64,000 nucleotides of DNA from Desulfobacterales bacterium (GTDB taxonomy: Bacteria; Desulfobacterota; Desulfobacteria; Desulfobacterales; ETH-SRB1). The stretch covers positions 732 through 64,731 of the forward strand of contig JAUWQO010000003.1 in the NCBI GenBank assembly GCA_030610995.1, written 5' to 3'. A program made the position numbers and the translations under genes. The notes beneath the pieces were generated by a model that had not been told where the DNA came from, searched no databases, and saw only the letters and a program-made list of their open reading frames with translations. Shown piece by piece: positions 35,902 to 44,619 of this stretch. Every line of letters starts with the position of its first letter. Positions within the stretch are counted from its first letter, which is position 1.

Positions 35902-37062
35902 ATGCTTGAATTAGCGATTAAAGGCGGCAAGAAATACTGGATATTGATTGGAGGACTGCTCGCTGTTATGGGCATTGCTTTTGTTTTCTGGCTGTGGCAG
36001 CTTAGTTTCGGCCTTGGAATTACAGGCATGAGCCGGGATGTTTCATGGGGTTTTTATATTGCCCAGTTTACATTCCTTGTCGGTGTTGCGGCAGGAGGTG
36101 TTATGGTGGTTCTTCCATACTACCTTCATGACTATAAAGCTTTTGGCAGGATTACCATTTTAGGGGAGTTTCTGGCTATCGCCGCTGTTATCATGTGTCT
36201 TATGTTTATTATCGCAGATCTTGGACAACCTATGCGCGCTCTTAATGTTATATTCTATCCAACCCCAGGTTCCGTCCTTTTCTGGGATATGATAGTTTTA
36301 AACGTGTATCTTTTGCTTAATATCATTGTAGGCTGGAATGTGATCGAGGCGGAACGTAATAATATAAAGTATCCAGGCTGGATAAAGGCGCTGGCAATTT
36401 TTTCGATTATATGGGCGCCTCTTATCCATACTGTTACGGCATTTCTTTACTGCGGTTTGCCGGGCAGGGGGTTCTGGTTAACTGCTATCCTCGCTCCAAG
36501 ATTTCTTGCATCCGCTTTTGCCGCAGGTCCTGCATTATTAATTCTTTTGTGCCTGATAATAAGGAGGGTAACAAAATTTGATCCGGGCAGGGAGCAGATT
36601 CAATCTCTTGCCAAAATTGTTACATATGCGATAATAATTAATGTATTTTTCTTTCTCTGTGAAATATTTGTAGTCTTTTACAGCAGAATACCGAGCCATA
36701 TGGATCATATAAAATACCTCTTTTTCGGGCTTCACGGACATGGCGCATTGGTTCCATGGATGTGGACAGCAATGGCGTTCATGGTAACATCAATTATTCT
36801 CCTTGTTAATCCAGTTACCCGCAAAAACGAAGCTGTCCTGGCTTTTGCGTGCGTAATACTGTTTATTGGAACTTGGATTGACAAAGGCATGGGAATGATC
36901 TCAGGCGGCTTTGTGCCCAACCCGCTTCATCATGTTGTCGAATATGCTCCTACAATACCGGAAATAATAATTACACTCGGAGTATGGGCAACGGGATTTT
37001 TTATTTTAACTATCCTTTTCAAGATTGCCATTACTGTTAAAGAAGAAGTTTCCGGCGTGTAA
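35902..37062 (+). CDS. dsrP: DsrP, NrfD/PsrC-like integral membrane subunit
   Basis: 386-aa polytopic membrane protein in last position of the dsrMKJOP cluster. Confidence 0.85.
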   Translation: MLELAIKGGKKYWILIGGLLAVMGIAFVFWLWQLSFGLGITGMSRDVSWGFYIAQFTFLVGVAAGGVMVVLPYYLHDYKAFGRITILGEFLAIAAVIMCLMFIIADLGQPMRALNVIFYPTPGSVLFWDMIVLNVYLLLNIIVGWNVIEAERNNIKYPGWIKALAIFSIIWAPLIHTVTAFLYCGLPGRGFWLTAILAPRFLASAFAAGPALLILLCLIIRRVTKFDPGREQIQSLAKIVTYAIIINVFFFLCEIFVVFYSRIPSHMDHIKYLFFGLHGHGALVPWMWTAMAFMVTSIILLVNPVTRKNEAVLAFACVILFIGTWIDKGMGMISGGFVPNPLHHVVEYAPTIPEIIITLGVWATGFFILTILFKIAITVKEEVSGV

Positions 37063-37090
37063 ACAAAATATAACAGTTTTATCAAATTAA

Positions 37091-37127
37091 AGGGGTTCAG
37101 ATTGTTTCTGTCTGACCCCTTTTTTTA
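37091..37127 (+). terminator. Rho-independent terminator candidate after dsrP
   Basis: Stem AGGGGT(T)CAGA / TCTGACCCCT (37091-37101 / 37111-37120) followed by T7 (37121-37127). It overlaps the 3' coding end of the convergent fdhD. Confidence 0.55.
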
Positions 37128-37930
37128 TCAGTTGTTAATAACCGCTGATCACCGCAGAAAATGTATAATCCTGAGTTTTTCGCAAGGCATGCCAGTGTCA
37201 TATTCAGTTGCGATGCAAGCTCAACCGCCAGGGATGTGGGGCGTGATATTGCAAGAATGATAGGAATATGAGCTCTTGCAGCTTTCTGGACAAGTTCATA
37301 ACTGATACGGGAAGAAAGTATTACAAAGGAAGCTTTGTTAAGTATGCGATCAAGAAATAATTTCCCTATTGCTTTATCAATGGCATTATGGCGACCAACA
37401 TCCTCAGCTACAGACAATAGACTGTAATTCGAACCATACAGCGCTGCAACATGTGACGCATGTGTATGATGGCGTAATGGTTGATGATCTGTAAGTTTTT
37501 CAAGACAGTCAATTGCCTTATTAATATCTATTCCGGTTTCATCTTTAAAAGGATGAATGCCTTGATAAAGATTATTTACCATCTCCCTGCAGGAAAGGCA
37601 GCGCCCCGGCTCATAGTTATATCTATGCTTATCAAGGAGATGAAATATTCTATTTATTCTTGATTCGGTCAGGGTAATGATTACCCCATTGGTATCGGTC
37701 GCGTCACAAAACGACAGTGAAGTAAAATCATCAGGCTTTTCAATGATTCCTTCACCAAGGCAGAAGCCGGCGACATGCGGCAATTCATCACCCGGAGTGC
37801 GCATTGTAATTGAAAACAGTTTTTCTTGAACATATATTGATAGAGGTTCTTCGCTAATAAGTTTGTGGCGTAAAGATATGCTGGTTTTATCATCAATAAA
37901 TGTTACCTGATGGTGTGAAAAGGTATTCAA
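37097..37930 (-). CDS. fdhD: Formate dehydrogenase accessory sulfurtransferase FdhD
   Basis: RTPGDELPHVAGFCLGEGII and GRHNAIDKAIG signatures of the FdhD/NarQ family. Confidence 0.85.
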   Translation of the reverse strand: MNTFSHHQVTFIDDKTSISLRHKLISEEPLSIYVQEKLFSITMRTPGDELPHVAGFCLGEGIIEKPDDFTSLSFCDATDTNGVIITLTESRINRIFHLLDKHRYNYEPGRCLSCREMVNNLYQGIHPFKDETGIDINKAIDCLEKLTDHQPLRHHTHASHVAALYGSNYSLLSVAEDVGRHNAIDKAIGKLFLDRILNKASFVILSSRISYELVQKAARAHIPIILAISRPTSLAVELASQLNMTLACLAKNSGLYIFCGDQRLLTTDKKRGQTETI

Positions 37931-38174
37931 TTAGCTCTCCTTGTAAATATAATGCTCAAGTTTCGCGCCTGTTATTTATGATAGTTTGTATACAAGGAAG
38001 CAAGAAAGATTGTCAAGTGAGCGGCGCGAAAGACAAATTTAGCTTGACAAATAACTAATATCAATTAACATAAATTTTTTGTTAGATAAACAGGAATGTT
38101 TCATAATTATCCTGAAAACTCAGGGATATTTAGGGAAAAGTTAAATTTTGATATTGAATGGAGATTAAAATAAT

Positions 38175-38486
38175 ATGTACGCAATAATTGGTTCCGGCGG
38201 GAAACAATATAAAATTCATGAAGGTGAAATTTTAAGGGTTGAAAAGATTCCAGGAGAGGCTGGTGACTTTGTTTCTTTTGACAAAGTCCTCATGTTTTCA
38301 GATGGTAAAACTGTAAATATCGGCAGACCGCTTCTTGATAATGTAGTGGTTAAAGGCCATATCGTTCAACAGGAAAAAGCAAAAAAAATAATAGTTTTCA
38401 AGTATAAAAAACGGAAAAGATACCGCAAAAAGCAAGGACATCGCCAGCAGCTTACTGCAATTAAGATAGATAATATTGAAGCATAA
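38175..38486 (+). CDS. rplU: 50S ribosomal protein L21
   Basis: [25 protein letters not shown]... canonical L21. Confidence 0.95.
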   Translation: MYAIIGSGGKQYKIHEGEILRVEKIPGEAGDFVSFDKVLMFSDGKTVNIGRPLLDNVVVKGHIVQQEKAKKIIVFKYKKRKRYRKKQGHRQQLTAIKIDNIEA

Positions 38487-38503
38487 CGGGTTTGTAAAAA
38501 CTA

Positions 38504-38586
38504 CCACCGAGAGCACAGAGCACACAGAGTAAATTAATTTGTTTTTTATCTTTCTTATTTCTCTGCGGCCTCTGTGTGCTCTGTGG
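38504..38586. repeat. Word-repeat hairpin (CACAGAG words) between rplU and rpmA
   Basis: ACAGAGCACACAGAG (38515-38529) pairs perfectly over 15 bp with CTCTGTGTGCTCTGT (38570-38584). The loop is 40 nt and A+T-rich. Confidence 0.7.
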
Positions 38587-38604
38587 TAAAAAGGAGTAGA
38601 AATA

Positions 38605-38859
38605 ATGGCACATAAAAAAGCCGGCGGCAGCTCAAAAAACGGTCGCGACAGCAACGGGCAAAGGCGTGGTGTTAAACGATATGGCGGAGAAAAGGTAATA
38701 GCCGGAAATATACTGGTTCGCCAGCTTGGGACAAAGATTCATCCAGGAGATAATGTTGGAATGGGTCGGGATTATACATTGTTTGCCACTGTTGACGGGA
38801 TTGTTGCTTATGAACGAATGGGCCGTTCGCGCAAGAAAGTAAGTGTTTATGCAGAGTGA
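38605..38859 (+). CDS. rpmA: 50S ribosomal protein L27
   Basis: [24 protein letters not shown]... canonical L27. Confidence 0.95.
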   Translation: MAHKKAGGSSKNGRDSNGQRRGVKRYGGEKVIAGNILVRQLGTKIHPGDNVGMGRDYTLFATVDGIVAYERMGRSRKKVSVYAE

Positions 38860-39854
38860 AATTTATTGACGAAGCGATTATTACTGTTCAGTCCGGGGAT
38901 GGAGGTCGCGGGTGTGTAAGTTTCAGGCGTGAAAAATTTATACCCCGTGGAGGACCGGATGGAGGAGACGGGGGCAAAGGCGGTGATGTTGTTTTTGTGG
39001 CAACATCACGAAAACGTACTTTGTATCAGTTTCGATACAAGAATATTCTGAAAGCTAAAAATGGTGCTCACGGACAGGGCAAAAAAAAAGCAGGCAAGAA
39101 CGGCGAAAATCTTAAAATAGAAATTCCCATTGGCACCCTGGTTGTTGACTCCGAAACCGGGCAGCTAATAAAAGATTTTGTTAAACCAGGCGAAGCTTTT
39201 GTGATAGCAAAAGGCGGCAGAGGCGGCCAGGGAAATGCACGGTTTAAATCGTCAACAAACCGTGCGCCACGGTTTGCCCAGCCGGGTGAATCCGGCGAAA
39301 CACTGACTCTAAAAATAGAGCTTAAACTCCTCGCGGATGTAGGTATTATCGGCCTTCCCAATGCGGGGAAATCCACATTGATCAGCGTAATTTCTTCAGC
39401 GCAACCCAAAATAGCCAGTTACCCCTTTACAACACTTACACCCAACCTCGGCGTAGTTCAAACAGACAAGGGAGAGCCTTTTGTTGTCGCTGATATACCC
39501 GGATTGATATCTGGAGCGCATAAAGGGGCCGGGCTGGGTATAAGATTTCTAAAACACATAGAGCGAACCCGAATCCTTGTTCATCTTATCGATATATCAT
39601 CTATTGACACCAACCATCCTCTTGATGTTTATAATGCTATAAACAGGGAACTTGCATTATACAGCAAGAATCTTGCAAAAAAGCCTCAGATTGTTGTATT
39701 AAATAAGCTTGATATTCCAGGCGCCAAAGAAGCGGCAGATATATTTCAATCCGCTGCCAAGGGGAAAAATATAGCATTAATTTCCGCCATTACCGGAAAA
39801 GGGGTTAACCATTTAAAATCGCAAATCATTCAATTATTGAACGTAACGCATTAG
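38856..39854 (+). CDS. obg: GTPase Obg/CgtA
   Basis: Obg fold ([26 protein letters not shown], glycine-rich GGxGG repeats) plus G domain ([19 protein letters not shown]). GTG start overlaps the rpmA stop. Confidence 0.95.
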   Translation: MKFIDEAIITVQSGDGGRGCVSFRREKFIPRGGPDGGDGGKGGDVVFVATSRKRTLYQFRYKNILKAKNGAHGQGKKKAGKNGENLKIEIPIGTLVVDSETGQLIKDFVKPGEAFVIAKGGRGGQGNARFKSSTNRAPRFAQPGESGETLTLKIELKLLADVGIIGLPNAGKSTLISVISSAQPKIASYPFTTLTPNLGVVQTDKGEPFVVADIPGLISGAHKGAGLGIRFLKHIERTRILVHLIDISSIDTNHPLDVYNAINRELALYSKNLAKKPQIVVLNKLDIPGAKEAADIFQSAAKGKNIALISAITGKGVNHLKSQIIQLLNVTH

Positions 39855-40008
39855 GCCACTAAGGCACAAAGGCACAAAGGCACAAAGGCACAAAGGCACA
39901 AAGAAGGAATATGATTGAGGGATTAAAATCAATAGAATACTCGCAATTCCTAAATTATAAATTATGAATTTTAGGAGAATTATATTATATTCTTGGTGTC
40001 TTTGTGGC
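39854..40008. repeat. Word-repeat cassette (GGCACAAA x5), CACAAAG family copy C
   Basis: Five perfect tandem octamers GGCACAAA at 39863-39902. The opposing arm TTGGTGTCTTTGTGGC lies at 39993-40008. Confidence 0.7.
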
Positions 40009-40034
40009 TAAACTATTATTATTGGACAAGCTTC

Positions 40035-41171
40035 ATGAATAAAATCAGAAAATCATGTTTTAATTGCGCAAGGCGTGTTGTTGTCAAAATTGGCAGCGGA
40101 GTCCTCACAGAAGATAACGGGTTGAATCTAAAAGTTGTCAGGTCAATCAGCAGGCAGATTTGTTATCTTATTGATGGAGGAATGGAGGTTATCCTTGTTT
40201 CATCCGGAGCTATGGCATCAGGGATAAAGAAAGTCGGTCTTTCCAAAAGGCCGGATGAAATCCCCAAAAGGCAGGCAATTGCCGCTGTCGGTCAAGCCGG
40301 ACTTATTATGCAGTATGAAAAGGCATTTGCCGGATATGGGAAAAAGGTGGCTCAAATTCTTCTGACCAGCGAAGATCTCAGCAACCGAAAAAGATACTTA
40401 AATGCTCGAAACACTTTAAGCACATTACTGTCATGGCAGTTTGTTCCGATTATTAACGAAAACGACACTGTTGCAGTGGAAGAAATTAAATTTGGAGATA
40501 ATGACCATCTTGCCGCCATGATTACAATGCTGATGGATGCCGATATTCTAATTAATCTTACCGATATTGACGGGCTTTATAATAAAGATCCTCGCAGCAA
40601 TCCGGATGCAGAGCTGATTCCGGTTGTATCTACAATAAAAAAGAGCATTGAGAAACTTGCGAGCGATATTCCAGGCGCCCTCGGAACCGGGGGAATGATT
40701 GCAAAGATAAATGCCGCCAAAAAGGTTACTGCAGCAGGGATACCCATGGTAATCGCCGGTGGCGCAGAACCTGATATTTTGAAAAAGATTTTTTCCGGAA
40801 AAGAGCATGGAACCTTTTTTGTTCCGAAAAAGGAAAAGCTTGCAGGGCGTAAATGCTGGATCGCTTATAGTTTGAAGCCAAAGGGGGTTATCAAAATTGA
40901 TAGCGGCGCCGCAACCGCAATACTTAAAAAAGGGAAGAGTCTTCTTCCAAGCGGTATTATTGGTGTGGAAGGTAAATTTAGTGTCGGAGCGCCTGTAGAA
41001 TTTCAAATGGATGATAATAGAACATTGGGAACCGGCCTTGTCAACTACAGCGCAGCCGATATACGTCGGATCATGGGGCTCAAGTCAAGCAAGATTAAGG
41101 AGCGTCTCGGACATAAGCCTTATGACGAAGTTATACATAGGGACAACCTGGCTATTACGTATTATGATTAG
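40035..41171 (+). CDS. proB: Glutamate 5-kinase (with PUA domain)
   Basis: Start taken at MNKIRK (ATG 40035). VVKIGSGVLT, NENDTV and a C-terminal PUA-like region. The track start at 39993 lies inside the repeat cassette. Confidence 0.9.
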   Translation: MNKIRKSCFNCARRVVVKIGSGVLTEDNGLNLKVVRSISRQICYLIDGGMEVILVSSGAMASGIKKVGLSKRPDEIPKRQAIAAVGQAGLIMQYEKAFAGYGKKVAQILLTSEDLSNRKRYLNARNTLSTLLSWQFVPIINENDTVAVEEIKFGDNDHLAAMITMLMDADILINLTDIDGLYNKDPRSNPDAELIPVVSTIKKSIEKLASDIPGALGTGGMIAKINAAKKVTAAGIPMVIAGGAEPDILKKIFSGKEHGTFFVPKKEKLAGRKCWIAYSLKPKGVIKIDSGAATAILKKGKSLLPSGIIGVEGKFSVGAPVEFQMDDNRTLGTGLVNYSAADIRRIMGLKSSKIKERLGHKPYDEVIHRDNLAITYYD

Positions 41172-41240
41172 AAACTGTTTCCGATTATACTTTGGACGGC
41201 TATAAACTGCGCTTTTTGAAACGGTCAGGATTATACTTAT

Positions 41241-41539
41241 AAAATCCCAAATTTCAAGCATCAAATTACAAATAATTCCCAAATTTCAATATTCAATGAC
41301 CAAAACATGTTTGGAATTTTAAATTTAGGTCATTTTGATTTTTCCAGTATTGCTGAACTGGGGGCTTTTATCACAATTGTTTGCCATCCTCGATACTTGC
41401 AATGTTTTCGGCAATCTTTTAACGAAAAGCATAGGCAGCTATAGCGAATTGAAATGTTCTTTCTTTAAGATCATATGCAGGTTTGGGATTTTGAATTTTG
41501 GTCATTGTAATTTATTTGATATTTGATATTTGTGATTTG
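41241..41539. repeat. A+T-rich word-repeat inverted-repeat cassette between proB and proA
   Basis: CAATGACCAAAA (41294-41305) and TTTTGGTCATTG (41496-41507) are a perfect 12-bp IR. AATCCCAAA (41243-41251) and TTTGGGATT (41482-41490) are a perfect 9-bp IR. A third arm lies at 41311-41343. Confidence 0.55.
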
Positions 41540-41626
41540 TTATTTCAGGAAAGGAAATTCCTATACTATAAAATTAGGATCATCTCCAAAAGGGTTGATA
41601 GGATTATAAGGATTCAAGGGGGAAAA

Positions 41627-42883
41627 ATGTCTGTTGAATTAACAATTCTTGAAATGGCAAAAGCCGCAAGATCTGCTTCAATAGAGATGGCAAAATGCCC
41701 GTCAATTAAAAAAAACGGAGTTCTTCTCGGAATTGCCGGTAAAATCGAAAAGGAAGCTTCATATATAAAGGAAGAAAACAATAAGGATCTTTCACGTGCA
41801 AAGGAGATGGGGCTTTCAAATGCAATGATTGATCGGCTTACTGTATCTGATTCAACTATAAAATCTATGGCTGATGGACTGAGAGAAGTGGCGCAACTTG
41901 ACGACCCTGTCGGTTCCATGAGCAAGACATGGATAAGACCCAACGGTTTGCAGGTGGCGCGTATGCGCATACCTCTAGGTGTTATAGGCATAATTTATGA
42001 ATCAAGGCCAAACGTTACCGTAGATGCCGCCGGCCTGTGCCTGAAAGCCGGCAATGCAGTTGTGCTTCGCGGTGGTTCTGAGGCGCTCCATTCTAATCAG
42101 GCATTAGCCGGAATTATAGGCCAGGCTCTTGTTGAAAGCGGGCTTCCGGAGGCTGCGGTCAATGTTGTGCCTGTAAGGGACAGGGCTGCCGTTAATGCGC
42201 TGTTAAATCAGGAGAAATTTGTTGATCTTATTATACCGCGCGGCGGCGAGGGTTTGATCCGTTTTGTTGTGGAAAATTCAAAGATACCTGTATTAAAACA
42301 TTATAAAGGCGTATGCCATGTATATGTTGATGATAGCGCAGATCTGTTTATGGCTGAAGATATTTGTTTTAATGCAAAGGTTCAGCGCCCCGGCGTATGC
42401 AATGCCATGGAGACAATGCTTGTTCACAAATCAGTGGCCCAGGAATTTTTGCCGGCCATGGAAAAACGCTTTGTTAAGGCTGGTGTTGAAATCAGGGGTT
42501 GCCCTGAAACATGTCGTATCCTGCCAAAAGCAGTAAATGCAACCGAAGAGGACTGGCCTGCCGAATATCTGGATCTTGTTATTGCCGTCAAGGTTGTGGA
42601 TGATATGGATCAGGCCATAGCACACATGGCAAAATACAGTTCCAGCCATACTGAAGCTATTGTTACCTCAGATTATAAGAGAGCCAGGCGTTTTATACGC
42701 GAAGTCGATTCTTCTGTTGTTCTTGTAAATGCTTCAACACGCTTCAACGATGGAGGACAGTTAGGATTAGGGGCTGAAATCGGCATAAGCACTTCTAAAC
42801 TTCATGCCTTTGGGCCAATGGGAGTGGAGGAGCTTACCACTACTAAGTTTGTAGTTTTCGGGGACGGGCAGATAAGGCTATAA
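41627..42883 (+). CDS. proA: Gamma-glutamyl phosphate reductase
   Basis: Start taken at [18 protein letters not shown] (ATG 41627, preceded by AAGGGGGA). Aldehyde-dehydrogenase-type ProA sequence with the catalytic Cys region ([12 protein letters not shown]). Confidence 0.9.
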   Translation: MSVELTILEMAKAARSASIEMAKCPSIKKNGVLLGIAGKIEKEASYIKEENNKDLSRAKEMGLSNAMIDRLTVSDSTIKSMADGLREVAQLDDPVGSMSKTWIRPNGLQVARMRIPLGVIGIIYESRPNVTVDAAGLCLKAGNAVVLRGGSEALHSNQALAGIIGQALVESGLPEAAVNVVPVRDRAAVNALLNQEKFVDLIIPRGGEGLIRFVVENSKIPVLKHYKGVCHVYVDDSADLFMAEDICFNAKVQRPGVCNAMETMLVHKSVAQEFLPAMEKRFVKAGVEIRGCPETCRILPKAVNATEEDWPAEYLDLVIAVKVVDDMDQAIAHMAKYSSSHTEAIVTSDYKRARRFIREVDSSVVLVNASTRFNDGGQLGLGAEIGISTSKLHAFGPMGVEELTTTKFVVFGDGQIRL

Positions 42884-42888
42884 ATAAA

Positions 42889-43060
42889 GGTTCATGGGTT
42901 CAGAGGTTAATTATTCACAATTGATTATTGATTATTGATTATTTTCCCTGCGTGAATATCATCACCTCTATTCATATTTAACAATTAATAATCAATTGGT
43001 AATAATTAATTTTTAACTTAGCGCTTATGGGGTTCAGAGGTTCAAGGTTCTGGGTTAAGG
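42889..43060. repeat. Word-repeat cassette (GGTTCA octamers, TGATTAT heptamers) between proA and nadD
   Basis: GGTTCATG GGTTCAGA GGTTAATT at 42889-42912 and GGGGTTCA GAGGTTCA AGGTTCTG GGTTAAGG at 43029-43060, in the same orientation. Internal perfect 11-bp IR AATTGATTATT / AATAATCAATT (42919-42929 / 42987-42997). Confidence 0.5.
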
Positions 43061-43106
43061 AATGGTACGAAACTTGAGTTGGTTATATTGAAACAGGCAA
43101 TGGGCA

Positions 43107-43784
43107 ATGCATATAGGACTTTTTGGCGGTACATTTAATCCGATTCATAATGGACATCTAAAGGCTGTCGAAGAAGTGCAAAAGGGGTTTTCTTTAGATG
43201 AAAGTTATCTTATTCCATCCGCCCTTCCCCCACATAAAGAGCAAAAAGATCTGGCTGACGCAAAAAACCGTATGGAGATGATACGCCTCGCTGTTGCAAG
43301 CTGCCCGGCTCTTATGAAATCGGTCACTGTTTCCGATGTTGAGCTGAAACGTTCAGGGCCTTCATATACAATCGATACTGTTTGCCATTTCAAATCCATA
43401 TTACCGAAAGACAGCCGGCTTTATCTTATCCTCGGCCTTGATGCTTTCCTTGAGATAGACACATGGAAATCTTATATGGATCTTTTCATGCTTACCTCCT
43501 TTATTGTAATTCCCAGGCCGGGGACAGGGAGCTCTGATAGATCCATTATCCTGAAATCTATTGAAAATTATCTAAAAAAGAGCATATCTCACGGTTATAA
43601 CTATTCCTTTTCGCAATCATGCTATATCCATTCTGATAAACAGCCTGTCTTTTTCTTTGATGTAAGCCCAATAAATATTTCGTCAACAAAAATACGCAAA
43701 CTTATCAACCAGGGCATGTCTATTAAATCTTTAGTTCCTGAAAAGGTAGAAGAATTTATTAAAACAAAAGGACTTTATCTATGA
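43107..43784 (+). CDS. nadD: Nicotinate-nucleotide adenylyltransferase
   Basis: GLFGGTFNPIHNGH nucleotidyltransferase motif and a C-terminal ISSTKIR motif. Confidence 0.9.
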   Translation: MHIGLFGGTFNPIHNGHLKAVEEVQKGFSLDESYLIPSALPPHKEQKDLADAKNRMEMIRLAVASCPALMKSVTVSDVELKRSGPSYTIDTVCHFKSILPKDSRLYLILGLDAFLEIDTWKSYMDLFMLTSFIVIPRPGTGSSDRSIILKSIENYLKKSISHGYNYSFSQSCYIHSDKQPVFFFDVSPINISSTKIRKLINQGMSIKSLVPEKVEEFIKTKGLYL

Positions 43785-44143
43785 CCAATGATCTTGATCC
43801 GTTTCTTGCCCACTGCGTTAAAGCAGTTATGGGGAAAAAGGCGATTGATCTTGTGCTTCTTGATGTTAGGGGACTGACCTCTATTGCAGATTTTTTTATC
43901 ATTTGCAGCGGCAGTTCAAACCGCCAGGTCATGGCAATTGCCGAATTTATTCAGGTCGATCTCAAAAAGCACGGAATAAAGCCGCTTAGTGTAGAAGGTA
44001 TAAAGGAAGGACACTGGGCTTTGTTAGACTACGGCCATGTTATCATTCATGTTTTTTATGAACCTTTACGCAGTTTCTATGATCTTGAAGGACTATGGAC
44101 AGATGCAAAAAGGATAAATACTGAAAGCTTGATGAATTCGTAA
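43781..44143 (+). CDS. rsfS: Ribosome silencing factor RsfS
   Basis: 120 aa with the ADFFIICSGSSNRQVMAIA signature of the RsfS/IojAP family. ATGA overlap with nadD. Confidence 0.85.
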   Translation: MTNDLDPFLAHCVKAVMGKKAIDLVLLDVRGLTSIADFFIICSGSSNRQVMAIAEFIQVDLKKHGIKPLSVEGIKEGHWALLDYGHVIIHVFYEPLRSFYDLEGLWTDAKRINTESLMNS

Positions 44144-44278
44144 AAAGTCTCCTAAACTTGTCATTTCGAGCAAAGCGAGAAATCTTTAAGCTGTAACCAA
44201 TTGAAAACATAAGATTTCTCCCTGCGGTCGAAATGACACATTTGACGAATTTGACTTTTTACGAATTCATCAAAGCTT
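44126..44278. repeat. MITE-like element with 24-25-bp terminal inverted repeats overlapping the rsfS stop
   Basis: AAGCTTGATGAATTCGTAAAAAGTC (about 44126-44149) against GACTTTTTACGAATTCATCAAAGCTT (44253-44278). Inner arms are GTCATTTCGAGC... and ...GTCGAAATGAC. Confidence 0.7.
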
Positions 44279-44370
44279 GAATTGACTTTATTTTTTTGAA
44301 TATCGAATATCGAACAAGGAATTTCGAACAGCAGAAGTTTTTTAAAATAATAAAACAGTATTCTTCACTT

Positions 44371-44612
44371 CGACCTGCCCGCAATGCCTTTACGTTGTTC
44401 GTATAGAATGCTGTAAAGTGATGGTATGGTGACATTTATCACCTTAACACCAATTGCGATGCATGGCAGGCGGGTATTCTGCGGTTCCTTGTTCTGCGGT
44501 TCGACCTGCCCGCCAATGCATTTTTGTACGAATTGCTTTGGCCGTACTTAGAGTTATGATATTTGAGTAAATAAATACTGTTATACATAAATGGCATGGC
44601 AGGCGGGTATTC
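44371..44612. repeat. Two tandem ~132-bp units with conserved GC-rich ends upstream of gpmI
   Basis: CGACCTGCCCGC(C)AATGC at 44371-44387 and 44502-44519. GCATGGCAGGCGGGTATTC at 44461-44479 and 44594-44612. The interiors are divergent. Confidence 0.6.
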
Positions 44613-44619
44613 AAAATAG

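Noticed and set aside
31999-37062. dsrMKJOP cluster considered as a possible novelty
   Set aside because: Canonical composition and order for sulfate reducers. Useful as a taxonomic and physiological marker only.
41335-41626. ORF 41335-41526 and the long N-terminal extension of proA (track start 41498)
   Set aside because: They lie inside the A+T-rich inverted-repeat cassette. proA has a well-placed SD and ATG at 41627, and homology begins there.
44484-44515. GGTTCGACC string resembling a tRNA T-arm
   Set aside because: No acceptor or anticodon arm context. The string is part of the duplicated CGACCTGCCCGC word repeat.
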